Shown here: piece after piece, positions 1-8,771 of the stretch | Layout of the letters: every line of letters begins with the position of its first letter | How positions within the stretch are numbered: the stretch's first letter is position 1 | DNA from: Dehalococcoidia bacterium | GTDB lineage: Bacteria; Chloroflexota; Dehalococcoidia; Lucifugimonadales; JAGWBF01 | DNA length: 64,000 bases | Assembly: GCA_965261965.1 (NCBI GenBank) | Contig: OZ253489.1 | Location: 1,538,969 to 1,602,968, forward strand | Reading direction: 5' to 3' | Translations under genes and position numbers: made by a program | Notes under the pieces: model-generated | The model's database searches: none | The model's input: only the letters and a program-made list of their open reading frames with translations | What the model was told of the DNA's origin: nothing

Positions 1-51
1 TCCGCTGTCCTCACGCCGTCCATCCCTGTCCATCGGTGGATTCGGGCTTAG
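1..51. mobile_element. Terminal fragment of a second IS1380-family copy, inverted relative to the copy at 28261-29987
   Basis: 1-51 is the exact reverse complement of 28261-28311 (ctaagcccgaatccaccgatggacagggatggacggcgtgaggacagcgga). Confidence 0.8.
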
Positions 52-331
52 CAGCACAAGAAACCCGCAAACCAGCTATCTTCTCTGCTTTGCTGATCCA
101 GCAAGTCTTGACGTCCTGTATACATTACCAAAGATCATGCTGTTCTTCATCGTTTTCCATGAAGATATTTTGTAGTTGCACGTTGATAGTAAGGGCTAAG
201 GTGGAACTGGATCTTCGGGAGGGTGGACGGTGTGCATCAGTATAGCATACCCCTTCCACAGCAACTCAAACGCATCGTCCCCCAGCCTTCATCTCTTGGA
301 TAGAAACTTTGGAAAGTGCTACAATCGGGCT

Positions 332-1150
332 GTGATAGCATCCGACGCGAAAGCAGAACGCACCCCGGCCAAGGTCAAAGCAAAAGAAAGAAAGCCCGTT
401 CGGCCAAAGATCAGCTCACCCGATGTGCTGGACATCTTGGCAAAAGAGTATGGGCCCTTCCCCAGAGAACCCCGCTACGATCCAACCTCAGAACTGGTCT
501 TTACGATCCTTTCTCAGCACACCTCGGATATCAACTCTGAGCGGGCTTTCAAGCAGCTCATGGAAACCTTCGACACCTTCGAAGCCGTTGCCGAGGGTGA
601 CCTTGATGTGATAGCTGAGTGCATCAAGCTTGGCGGCCTTGCCAAGGTTAAAGCACCCAGGATAAAGCAGGTCCTAAATCTGATATTGGAGATGAGGGGT
701 TCTCTTGACCTGCACTTCTTGCAAGATATGCCTTTGGAAGAAGCCAAAGCATGGCTCAAGCAACTCCCTGGAATAGGCCCCAAGACTGCTGCTATCATTC
801 TGAGCTTCGCCTTGGGGATGCCCGCCATGGCGGTGGATACCCACATTTTCCGTGTGGCGAAAAGATTGGGCCTGATCGGCCCTAAAACGAGCTACGACCA
901 AGCTCACGATGTTTTGGAGCAGTCGATACAACCTGAGAAGGTGTTCGATTTCCATGTTGCTCTCATTACCCACGGGCGCAAGGTGTGTAAGGCGCCCAAA
1001 CCTTGGTGCGACCGGTGTGACCTGGCGTATGCATGTCCTTCAGCCGGGTTGTGGAAGAGCGCCGCGGCATCCAACAATGGGTCCTCCCCCAAGTCGACCA
1101 CGAAAGTTCCCAAGCCCAAGATCCAAAAGAAAAGTAGTGCAAAAACATGA
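332..1150 (+). CDS. nth: Endonuclease III (HhH-GPD glycosylase, 4Fe-4S)
   Basis: GIGPKTA HhH lysine, AVDTH aspartate and C-X6-C-X2-C-X5-C cluster. GTG at 332, after a TACAAT box, is preferred over the ORF start at 230. Confidence 0.92.
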   Translation: MIASDAKAERTPAKVKAKERKPVRPKISSPDVLDILAKEYGPFPREPRYDPTSELVFTILSQHTSDINSERAFKQLMETFDTFEAVAEGDLDVIAECIKLGGLAKVKAPRIKQVLNLILEMRGSLDLHFLQDMPLEEAKAWLKQLPGIGPKTAAIILSFALGMPAMAVDTHIFRVAKRLGLIGPKTSYDQAHDVLEQSIQPEKVFDFHVALITHGRKVCKAPKPWCDRCDLAYACPSAGLWKSAAASNNGSSPKSTTKVPKPKIQKKSSAKT

Positions 1151-2181
1151 CAGTCAAAGTAGGAATAGTCAACGTTACAGGCTATGCAGGATCCGAGCTG
1201 GTAAAGATCCTTGCACACCACCCCGATGCTGAGGTCGTTTCCGTTACCGGACGCAGCGCCGCCGGAAAGCGTCTGCCTGAGGTCCTTCCTTACTTGGCGC
1301 ACATTGATCTGCCGATAACCGAATCCATCGAAGGATCGGTGGACGTCGCATTCTCAGCCCTTCCCAGCGGCGCCAGCGCATCTGCGCTGCTTCCGTTGAT
1401 CGAAGATGGCATTAAAGCTATAGACATCGCCGCCGACTTTCGAATCCACGATGCTGAGGAGTACGCACAAGCTTACCAAACGGAACATCCGGCCCCTTAT
1501 CTGCTGGAAAAAGCCGTCTATGGGCTTCCCGAGATTCACCGGCAGGCCATCCGCACCTCCAACCTGGTGGCCAATCCCGGCTGCTATCCGGAAGCTGCCA
1601 TCTTGGCTTTGGCTCCTGCGGTCCGAGCAGGGATAATCGCTGACGATATTATCGTAGATGCCAAGTCGGGGATTTCCGGCGCCGGAAGGGGCGGAATCAC
1701 GACCACCACCTTGGACCACTTCGCCGAAGCCGATGAAAACGTGACCGCCTACGGTCTTGACGGCCACAGCCACCAACCGGAGATCGCCCAAGAGCTGGCC
1801 GAACTAAGGGAATCAGCATCAGCCAAGGTTACATTCATTCCCCACCGCATCCCGATGGTCCGGGGTATATTGGCAACCTGCTATGCGCCGCTCTTGGATT
1901 CAACATTGACCAAAGCGAAGGTGCGCGACCTATACCACGAATTCTATGATGCCGAACCCTTTGTTCGGGTGACAGATCTGCCGCCGCAAACAAAGCACAC
2001 AACCGGCACCAATATGTGCTTGGTGTACCCCGCCATAGATGTCCGGGCTGGCCGGCTGGTGGTCGTAAGCTGTATTGACAACCTGGTTAAAGGTGCGGCG
2101 GGACAGGCAATCCAGAACATGAACCTGATGTTCGATCTGGATGAAACGGCTGCCCTGCACCTACTAGCGGTCTATCCATAG
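1147..2181 (+). CDS. argC: N-acetyl-gamma-glutamyl-phosphate reductase
   Basis: VTGYAG nucleotide-binding motif, ANPGCYP catalytic Cys, KSGISGAGR, IDNLVKGAAGQA. Confidence 0.96.
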   Translation: MTVKVGIVNVTGYAGSELVKILAHHPDAEVVSVTGRSAAGKRLPEVLPYLAHIDLPITESIEGSVDVAFSALPSGASASALLPLIEDGIKAIDIAADFRIHDAEEYAQAYQTEHPAPYLLEKAVYGLPEIHRQAIRTSNLVANPGCYPEAAILALAPAVRAGIIADDIIVDAKSGISGAGRGGITTTTLDHFAEADENVTAYGLDGHSHQPEIAQELAELRESASAKVTFIPHRIPMVRGILATCYAPLLDSTLTKAKVRDLYHEFYDAEPFVRVTDLPPQTKHTTGTNMCLVYPAIDVRAGRLVVVSCIDNLVKGAAGQAIQNMNLMFDLDETAALHLLAVYP

Positions 2182-2187
2182 CTGCTG

Positions 2188-2193
2188 TATAAT
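2188..2193 (+). promoter_or_regulatory. TATAAT -10 box upstream of tRNA-Glu
   Basis: Perfect TATAAT 10 nt before the tRNA 5' end; no good -35 seen. Confidence 0.4.
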
Positions 2194-2203
2194 GGCTGCG
2201 CGT

Positions 2204-2282
2204 GCCCCCATCGTCTAGCCCGGTCAAGGACGCCACCCTTTCAAGGTGGAGATCAGGGGATCGAAGCCCCTTGGGGGCACCA
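2204..2282 (+). tRNA. tRNA-Glu (anticodon TTC), CCA encoded
   Basis: Acceptor GCCCCCA/TGGGGGC, anticodon arm CCACC-CTTTCAA-GGTGG, T-arm AGGGG-ATCGAAG-CCCCT, 3' ACCA. Confidence 0.95.
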
Positions 2283-2527
2283 TTTTTATTTCCCTCAGGT
2301 TGTCACGGACGGTCTTCCTTTGACGTTCCCAGCCAGCAGCCCCGAACGTCCGGTCGACGAACATCCCGCCTACCTCCGGTCGAACTTGTGGCATGTGGTT
2401 CTGTGCTGTAATCTGAGCCATTGCGGACTATGGCAGAAACCCGGTCATCCAAAGCCCCGTCTTCCAAAAGCGTCGGCGCCGGTTGTCGTTGTCCACACAA
2501 CCTTGGTAATAATCAAAGGGCTTTAGA

Positions 2528-3424
2528 TTGGCTCTAGCTGCTGTATTTGCTCTTCTAGCAGGTTTCGGGTTCGCCAGCGGGACGATCCTGGTACGGATCT
2601 GCACCCAACGAATCGCTCCGGCAACAGCCACCTTCTTTGGGGTTCTGGCCGGGGCCATTGTCATCCAGGTCCTTGCTTGGTCTATCGACTGGTCCAAGAT
2701 GGATAACCTTTCTTGGCCGGTCTTTGGATGGCTGGTCCTCATGGCCGCCCTCGCATACCCCTTGGCCAGGGTGCTGAACTACACTGCGGTCAGCATGGTG
2801 GGGGCATCAAGAGCGACTCCCATGGGTTCCATCCAGCCCATCTTTGCGCTTGTACTCAGCGTCATCATTCTGGGAGAAAGGCCGAATTTAATAGTGGGCC
2901 TTGGCACCTTTGCAGTGGTTGGCGGCTTGGTACTGGTGATCAAAGGCCGCAATACAACCACAGAAGATGGTTCAGCGCAGAATCTTAACAACCTGGGATA
3001 TTTCCTGGCTGCCGGAGCTGCTGCCACCTTTGCTGTCCGGGATATCATCAGCAGACATGTGGTTTCAGGAGAAACCTCGCCACTGATCGCTGCTGCCTTG
3101 GCCCTATCCATCGGAGCTGTGATGTTGTTCCTGCTGACCCACAGGGATGTGTTCCGAAGCATCCGTTCTGTTCCAATGCGGTTCATCTGGTTATGCGGGG
3201 TTGCCGGAGTGCTGCAAGGGTTGGCGGTTACCTGTGTGTTTCTGGCCCTGAGCCGGGCTCCCGTAACCTCAGTATCTCCGATAATTTCCAGCGCACCTTT
3301 GATGACGCTGATCCTGGCTCATATATTCCTCCAGCGTTTGGAGAGGCTGAATCCGATGCTGGTGGCCGGTACCGCCCTGAGCGTTGGGGGAGTAGCTACG
3401 GTAATTGTTGGGTCCAACTACTAG
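2528..3424 (+). CDS. EamA/DMT family transporter
   Basis: Two duplicated hydrophobic halves, about 10 TM segments, GASRATP and APVTSVSPI DMT-type motifs. Confidence 0.88.
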   Translation: MALAAVFALLAGFGFASGTILVRICTQRIAPATATFFGVLAGAIVIQVLAWSIDWSKMDNLSWPVFGWLVLMAALAYPLARVLNYTAVSMVGASRATPMGSIQPIFALVLSVIILGERPNLIVGLGTFAVVGGLVLVIKGRNTTTEDGSAQNLNNLGYFLAAGAAATFAVRDIISRHVVSGETSPLIAAALALSIGAVMLFLLTHRDVFRSIRSVPMRFIWLCGVAGVLQGLAVTCVFLALSRAPVTSVSPIISSAPLMTLILAHIFLQRLERLNPMLVAGTALSVGGVATVIVGSNY

Positions 3425-3449
3425 ATGCCGGTTTGCCGTGATTCTTCCT

Positions 3450-3655
3450 AGGGATAGTCTGAATAAGTCCCCTTGGATGCGGAGGATGGACGTGAAACCC
3501 GTCCCTACAGAGGGGCGAGGTTCCCGCATTCGCGGGAATGACGGGCTTCGGGCGAGGTTCCCGCATTCGCGGGAATGACGGGCTAGGGGGGCGGGAATGA
3601 CGGGCTTCGGGCGACGGGAGTGACGGGCTTCAGGCGAGTTGTTCAGAGGTTCCCT
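3450..3655. mobile_element. MITE-A copy 1
   Basis: Ends AGGGATAGTCTGAATAA / TTGTTCAGAGGTTCCCT (imperfect TIR); internal GTAGGGACGGG and GTCATTCCCGCGAATGCGGGAA palindromes. Confidence 0.75.
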
Positions 3656-3770
3656 GGACCGCATCAGGCGGGCGCCCGGCATTATGGTAATATAGTGCAA
3701 GCGGAAGTCACGTATATGTCCGGTCGGTCTATCCTTCGGGCGGCCCACCTACCTCTGGGAAAATAAAACC

Positions 3771-5003
3771 ATGGCAGATATAGAACGTACATTAACCAAG
3801 ACTGAGCGCAACCTCTGGAACGCCATCATAGCGGAGGCAATGGCCAATCTTAAGTACTGCGCCTACGCCCATAAAGCCCTTTCTGAAGGTCACCCGGAGG
3901 TGGCGCAGATCTTTCAGGAAGTGGCTGGGGCTGAAAACATCCACGGCGTCAACCACCTTCAGGTTTCGGGGGAAATAAAATCCAGCTTGGAGAACCTGCG
4001 CGGCGTCATACAAGGGGAAGCCAAGGAGATCAACGCAGTTTACCCGCGAATGGTGCGAGATGCCGTGGAAGAAGGCCGGACCGATGCTGCAGAAACATTC
4101 ACCATGGCGATGGACCGGGAACGCCATCATGTCGAAGTGTTTTCCAAGGCGCTGGAAGAGTTGGAAGCCAAGTTATCCAGCGGCGACCATACCTCAGATG
4201 GTGAATACTCCTCAACCTTCTCTGCCGCCCCTCAGATAGTACGAAGAGCTTCCGTCACAGAAGCTGACGTAGCCCCAACCTACGCCGCTGCCCGCGAGGA
4301 GGTGGAAGGGGAACGCTGGCGGATTACAGCAACCGGGCGAATCCGGGAAGTGGTATTCGGAGCCCAAGACGGGCTGATCAGCACCTTGGCTGTTGTTACC
4401 GCGGTAGCTGTTAGCGACTTGGCAGTAGGAAACACCATCATCTTGGTTGCAGGCTTGGCTGGAGCGCTTGCTGGGATGCTTTCGATGGCATCGGGAGCAT
4501 ACCTGGGGTCCAAAGCTCAACAGGATGTGCAGAATGCTGAGATCGCCAAAGAAGCCAAGGAGCTGGAGGAACACCCAGGAGAAGAACTGGCAGAATTGAT
4601 AGTGCTCTACCAGAAAGAAGGATTGTCATTTACCGAAGCTAAAGGTGTGGCTGAACACATCGCCGCCGATAAGGACCTGTGGCTTCGGACCTTGGTGGAA
4701 AAAGAGCTGGGCTTAAGCCCGGAAATAACCTCCAATCCCATCAAGGATGCCCTTACGATGGGTTCCGCCTATATGGCGGCAGCTATAATTCCCATCTTTC
4801 CCTACTTTTTTGCTTTGGGGTGGCAAGCCTTAACCTCTTCGATCATAGCAACCTTGGTTGGTCTCTTCCTCCTTGGCTTGGGCAAAGGGCGGGTGGTGCA
4901 AAAATCTCCCATCCTACAGGGACTGCAGATTCTGGTCATCGGAGCTGTGGCCGCCGGAATCGGCTTTGTACTGGGAGAAATCATCCCAAGGGCGGTCACT
5001 TGA
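3771..5003 (+). CDS. Rubrerythrin/ferritin-like di-iron domain fused to a VIT1/CCC1 membrane domain (MbfA-like)
   Basis: N-terminal E..Y/ExxH/E..Y/ExxH di-iron pattern (IAEAMANLKY, AENIH, EAKEINAVY, RERHH); C-terminal REVVFGAQDGL and SMASGAYLG VIT1 motifs with TM helices. Confidence 0.88.
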   Translation: MADIERTLTKTERNLWNAIIAEAMANLKYCAYAHKALSEGHPEVAQIFQEVAGAENIHGVNHLQVSGEIKSSLENLRGVIQGEAKEINAVYPRMVRDAVEEGRTDAAETFTMAMDRERHHVEVFSKALEELEAKLSSGDHTSDGEYSSTFSAAPQIVRRASVTEADVAPTYAAAREEVEGERWRITATGRIREVVFGAQDGLISTLAVVTAVAVSDLAVGNTIILVAGLAGALAGMLSMASGAYLGSKAQQDVQNAEIAKEAKELEEHPGEELAELIVLYQKEGLSFTEAKGVAEHIAADKDLWLRTLVEKELGLSPEITSNPIKDALTMGSAYMAAAIIPIFPYFFALGWQALTSSIIATLVGLFLLGLGKGRVVQKSPILQGLQILVIGAVAAGIGFVLGEIIPRAVT

Positions 5004-5051
5004 TCCGGACGGCTCTGCCCAACTTTTACACTGCCAAACTAACACGCTCGT

Positions 5052-5138
5052 ATTCCGTCAATGCGACGCCGGAGGAAACTGACCTACCCTTCTAGGTATC
5101 CAGGGTCCCGAAATTCCGTCAATGCGACGCCGGAGGAA
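5052..5138 (+). repeat. 26-bp direct repeat, 61-bp spacing
   Basis: attccgtcaatgcgacgccggaggaa at 5052-5077 and 5113-5138. Confidence 0.85.
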
Positions 5139-5142
5139 TCCC

Positions 5143-5955
5143 TTGCCATATGATCCAAGCCGGGCAGCCGCCGCCGCAGTGGAAGCCGCCGCCGCCGCCG
5201 CCCAGGTCCTGCAAGACCGGTTCAGGTCTGGCAAACAACCCTTGGAAACCTGGATGAAAAGTCCCGGAGCACTGGTCACCGATGCAGATATTGGCGCCGA
5301 TAAGGCAATATCTGAGGTGCTCTTGAATTCGGGCTTGTCCATCGGAATTCGTTCTGAAGAAAGCACTTCAGGGTCCGTAGAACCTGACACCTGCTGGTTG
5401 GTTGACCCCCTGTGCGGAACAGTATCCTTCAGCGCCGGAATGGTCCATTGGGGGGTTAACATCGCCCTTCTGGTAGATGGTCAGCTAAGGCTGGGTTTGG
5501 TCAGCATTCCGGCAGCCAATGAGCAGTTGATTGCCGTTAAGGGCAATGGAGTGCATCTAAACGGGGTTCCATGGAAGGGTGCCGCACCAGCTGGAGAGCT
5601 TGCCCTGGCAACGGTGGGCGTGGAAGCTGATGGGGGTCATGAATGGGACCTAGTGCTGACAGCTGGCATCCCCTGGGTATCGCAGGTTGGACAGATCAAC
5701 ACCTTTGCTTCGGCGGCATATCCGGCTGCCCAACTATGTTTGGGACGACTATCAGCAGCGGTGTTCTATAAGATAGATCCCGTACACATTGCGGCGGGCG
5801 CATGTATCGCGATGGAATTGGGATTGCCCGCAACCGATGCACAGGGCCAATCTTTGGATTGGACAGTGGAAGGCGACCTACCCGTGGTGGTCATGGGTTG
5901 GCCGGAGGTGCATGGCCGGATCATCGAAGCCATGGGAGCTTCCGGCGCATCGTAG
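5143..5955 (+). CDS. Inositol monophosphatase family protein
   Basis: VTDAD, RSEE and WLVDPLCGT metal-binding motifs. TTG 5143 has GGAGG 6 nt upstream (ORF track starts at 5122). Confidence 0.85.
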   Translation: MPYDPSRAAAAAVEAAAAAAQVLQDRFRSGKQPLETWMKSPGALVTDADIGADKAISEVLLNSGLSIGIRSEESTSGSVEPDTCWLVDPLCGTVSFSAGMVHWGVNIALLVDGQLRLGLVSIPAANEQLIAVKGNGVHLNGVPWKGAAPAGELALATVGVEADGGHEWDLVLTAGIPWVSQVGQINTFASAAYPAAQLCLGRLSAAVFYKIDPVHIAAGACIAMELGLPATDAQGQSLDWTVEGDLPVVVMGWPEVHGRIIEAMGASGAS

Positions 5956-5959
5956 ATTT

Positions 5960-6266
5960 AGGGAACCTCTGAACAACTCGCCCCAAGCCCGTCATTCCCG
6001 CGGCCCCAAGCCCGTCATTCCCGTCGCCTCAGGCCCGTCATTCCCGTCGCCTCAAGCCCGTCATTCCCGCCGCCCCAAGCCCGTCATTCCCGTCGCCTCA
6101 GGCCCGTCATTCCCGTCGCCTCAAGCCCGTCATTCCCGCCGCCCCAAGCCCGTCATTCCCGCCGCCTCAAGCCCGTCATTCCCGCGAAGGCGGGAACCTC
6201 GCCCCTCTGTAGGGACGGGCTTCACGTCCATCCTCCGCATCCAAGGGGACTTATTCAGACTATCCT
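5960..6266. mobile_element. MITE-A copy 2 with expanded internal ~20-bp cccgtcattcccg tandem units
   Basis: Starts AGGGAACCTCTGAACAA, ends TTATTCAGACTATCCT. Confidence 0.75.
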
Positions 6267-7393
6267 CAGCTTTCCTTGGTCGCCCGGCCATCACCCGTCG
6301 ATACCAGAAATGTGCTTTCCATCTTTCCATCCGCCGATGACCCATTGGCTACAAAGCAGGTCAGCATCTGGTGGGGTTCTAAAGAAACCTCCACAGATGC
6401 TCCACATTGGTAGGGAGCTGAGTATCTCTGGAGCGTATGGACCACCACCCCCGACGGAAGGGCGATGTTATAAAGGTAGTTTGAACCCCGAAAGGTCCGG
6501 GCAACTATTTTCCCCTTCCCTGACTCACATGGCCGGATGTCGATATTCTGGGGCCGCACCATGAGCGCAACCTCGGTGCCCACGGCGACCGGGGGATCTG
6601 TGCATACAACGCCTATTTCGGTTTCCAATCCCGCTTCGGTCGACCTGGCTGGTACAAAATCCGCCAACTCCAGAAAACGAGCGACAAATCGAGTGGCTGG
6701 TTGGTAGAAGATCTCTTCGGGAGTACCCACCTGCTCCAGCAAACCGCGGTTCATAACTGCTATTCGATCTCCCATGAAGAGAGCTGTATCCTGATCATGG
6801 GTCACATAGAGGGCGGTAACCCCCTCTGAAGAAAGAATGCCCTTGATTTCTCGGCGCAACTGGGACCGCAGCTGTGGGTCCAGATTGCTCAGGGGTTCAT
6901 CCAGCAGAAGAGCCAACGGGTTGGGAGCCAGCGACCTAGCCAGCGCCACCCTCTGCTGCTCCCCCCCGGACAGCTGGTAAGGATACCTTTCAGCAAGGTG
7001 TTCCAGGTGCACCATTTTCAGCAGGCTATGAGCTTTCTCGGATTTGCTGTCTTTGGTCCAACCCTTGAGTCCGAATTCCACGTTCTGAACAACCTTCAGG
7101 TGCGGAAAGAGCGCATAATCCTGAAAGACCATTCCCAGGTTCCGGGCTTCGGGGGGCATCCACGCATTTGGCCCGAAGGCAGGTTTACCTTCCAAGAATA
7201 TAGCTCCTTGGTCGGGAGTTTCAAAGCCGGCAACCAACCGGAGCAAGGTTGTCTTGCCGCTGCCGCTGGGGCCGACCAATACCAGGACTTCCCCGGATTT
7301 CAGGTCCAAGCTGACACCATTTACGACCGGACCCGCACCGAAGTCCTTGGTCACACCATCGCACCTGATGACCGAAGGCCCGTCCATTGGCAT
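6266..7393 (-). CDS. ABC transporter ATP-binding protein (FbpC/PotA-like, C-terminal TOBE-like domain)
   Basis: GPSGSGKTT Walker A, VFQDYALFPH Q-loop, LSGGEQQR signature, LLLDEP Walker B, VTHD. Confidence 0.92.
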   Translation of the reverse strand: MPMDGPSVIRCDGVTKDFGAGPVVNGVSLDLKSGEVLVLVGPSGSGKTTLLRLVAGFETPDQGAIFLEGKPAFGPNAWMPPEARNLGMVFQDYALFPHLKVVQNVEFGLKGWTKDSKSEKAHSLLKMVHLEHLAERYPYQLSGGEQQRVALARSLAPNPLALLLDEPLSNLDPQLRSQLRREIKGILSSEGVTALYVTHDQDTALFMGDRIAVMNRGLLEQVGTPEEIFYQPATRFVARFLELADFVPARSTEAGLETEIGVVCTDPPVAVGTEVALMVRPQNIDIRPCESGKGKIVARTFRGSNYLYNIALPSGVVVHTLQRYSAPYQCGASVEVSLEPHQMLTCFVANGSSADGKMESTFLVSTGDGRATKES

Positions 7394-7526
7394 CTCCCTC
7401 CCAGATGGAGCACTTCACCCTTTGGTTGATTAACAGACTATCTTCGTCAAGGTGGAACGTCAACGAGGAACATGTCCGGTAACTGTTCAGACTTGGTGGA
7501 AAATGCGGGTGCCCGCCCGCCCCAGC

Positions 7527-7638
7527 TGTCATCCTGAGGAGACCCCCCTCCCCCCTGCCGTCCTGCGGGGATCCCCTCCCCCCTGTCATTCTGCGGGGAC
7601 CCCCCCTGTCATTCTGAGGGGCGCACCCCGAAGAATCT
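7527..7638. repeat. REP-B palindromic units
   Basis: Partial tgtcat(c/t)ctgagg units ending in a full TGTCATTCTGAGGGGCGCACCCCGAAGAATCT. Confidence 0.7.
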
Positions 7639-7785
7639 AAGGAACCTATGAACAACTCGCCTGAAGCCCGTCACTCCCGCCGCCTAAAGACTGTCATTCC
7701 CGCGAAGGCGGGAACCTCGCCCCTCTGTAGGAACGGGTTTCACGTCCATCCTCCGCATCCAAGGGGACTTACTCAGACTATCCCT
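7639..7785. mobile_element. MITE-A copy 3
   Basis: AAGGAACCTATGAACAA ... TTACTCAGACTATCCCT. Confidence 0.75.
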
Positions 7786-7942
7786 AACTCGTGAAGACTG
7801 GACAGTTACGTTGTCCGAGGGTACCGGTTTCCGTTTGGTCATACGCCGAAAAACCGATTCCCACCGACCCAAGGTGCAAAAAGAGGAACTGGCCGGCGGG
7901 AATCGGGAATCCATTTGGTAGATGACATCGGATCGACAGAGT

Positions 7943-8209
7943 TCACATCCTGACATGGTGCATCTCCCGGGCAAGCATCCAAGCTTCATAGTCCCCCAAG
8001 TACGAAAGGGTCGAAGATCTGTGCAGCCAGGTGTGCAGGCACGAATCTTCCATCACGTTATACATCGGATAATAAGCTTCCAGGTTTGATCCGATGCGAC
8101 CGCGTTCCTCAGGATCATCCGGTCTATCAGAATCAGAAGCCGACCCGCTCAAGAAGCGAAATACACTTGTTAATGCGTTCATGCGAATCACCTCGTATGA
8201 TATAACCAT
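7943..8209 (-). CDS. Hypothetical protein, possibly a remnant
   Basis: 88-aa ORF next to an AT-rich stretch; no recognisable family. Confidence 0.3.
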   Translation of the reverse strand: MVISYEVIRMNALTSVFRFLSGSASDSDRPDDPEERGRIGSNLEAYYPMYNVMEDSCLHTWLHRSSTLSYLGDYEAWMLAREMHHVRM

Positions 8210-8647
8210 TTAAGCACTATTGATTATTAATGATAGCCTATAGCTGTTTTGTAACCATATATATACTACGATCATTAAGTTGTCAATATATCTATAACTA
8301 CCATTAGTACATTCATATGAATCAGTCGTATGTATATGTGGACAAGTTGATGCACGGAGTATACAGGTAAGAACTACAAATCAATCAAGCGAGTTGATTT
8401 AAGTTCGTAGCTTAAGATTAACCAAGATTTCTGCGAGACAGCATTGCATAGATACTAATAATTTTAAGTAGCATATGATAATAATGCGACTGGATTGCAG
8501 TATATAGGAATGCCGGTTGCTATGACTGGCGCATTGAATAGACAAAGATATCCGCGGTGGGGCACACGCCGTGTCGGCTGCTGCGGTGTGTGTTGCGCAA
8601 GCGCCGGATAGCCCGGATCGGGCCTTCGGACACGCCTGCAGACTTCT

Positions 8648-8771
8648 AGGGATAGTCTGGATAAGTCCGCTTGTATGCGGAGGATGGACGTGAAACCCGT
8701 CCCTACAGAGGGGCGAGGTTCCAGCCTTCGCGGGAATGACGGTCTTCAGGCGAGTTGTTCAGAGGTTCCTT
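8648..8771. mobile_element. MITE-A copy 4 (shortest, 124 bp)
   Basis: AGGGATAGTCTGGATAA ... TTGTTCAGAGGTTCCTT. Confidence 0.75.

Larger units (their letters stand above)
7479..7809. mobile_element. Non-autonomous IS66-type miniature element containing REP-B units and MITE-A copy 3
   Basis: Left GTAACTGTTCAGACTT and right (rc) GTAACTGTCCAGTCTT match the IS66 TIR at 36090; flanks catgtccg / gttgtccg are a 6/8 degenerate TSD. Confidence 0.65.

Noticed and set aside
7770-7945. Sec readthrough of the UGA ending ORF 7943-8209
   Set aside because: No Cys-homologous context or clear hairpin, and the downstream frame runs into mobile DNA.
8510-8611. 33-aa Cys-rich peptide (..VGCCGVCCASAG) as a metallothionein or RiPP precursor
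   Set aside because: No modifying enzymes or supporting context; it may be a chance ORF.
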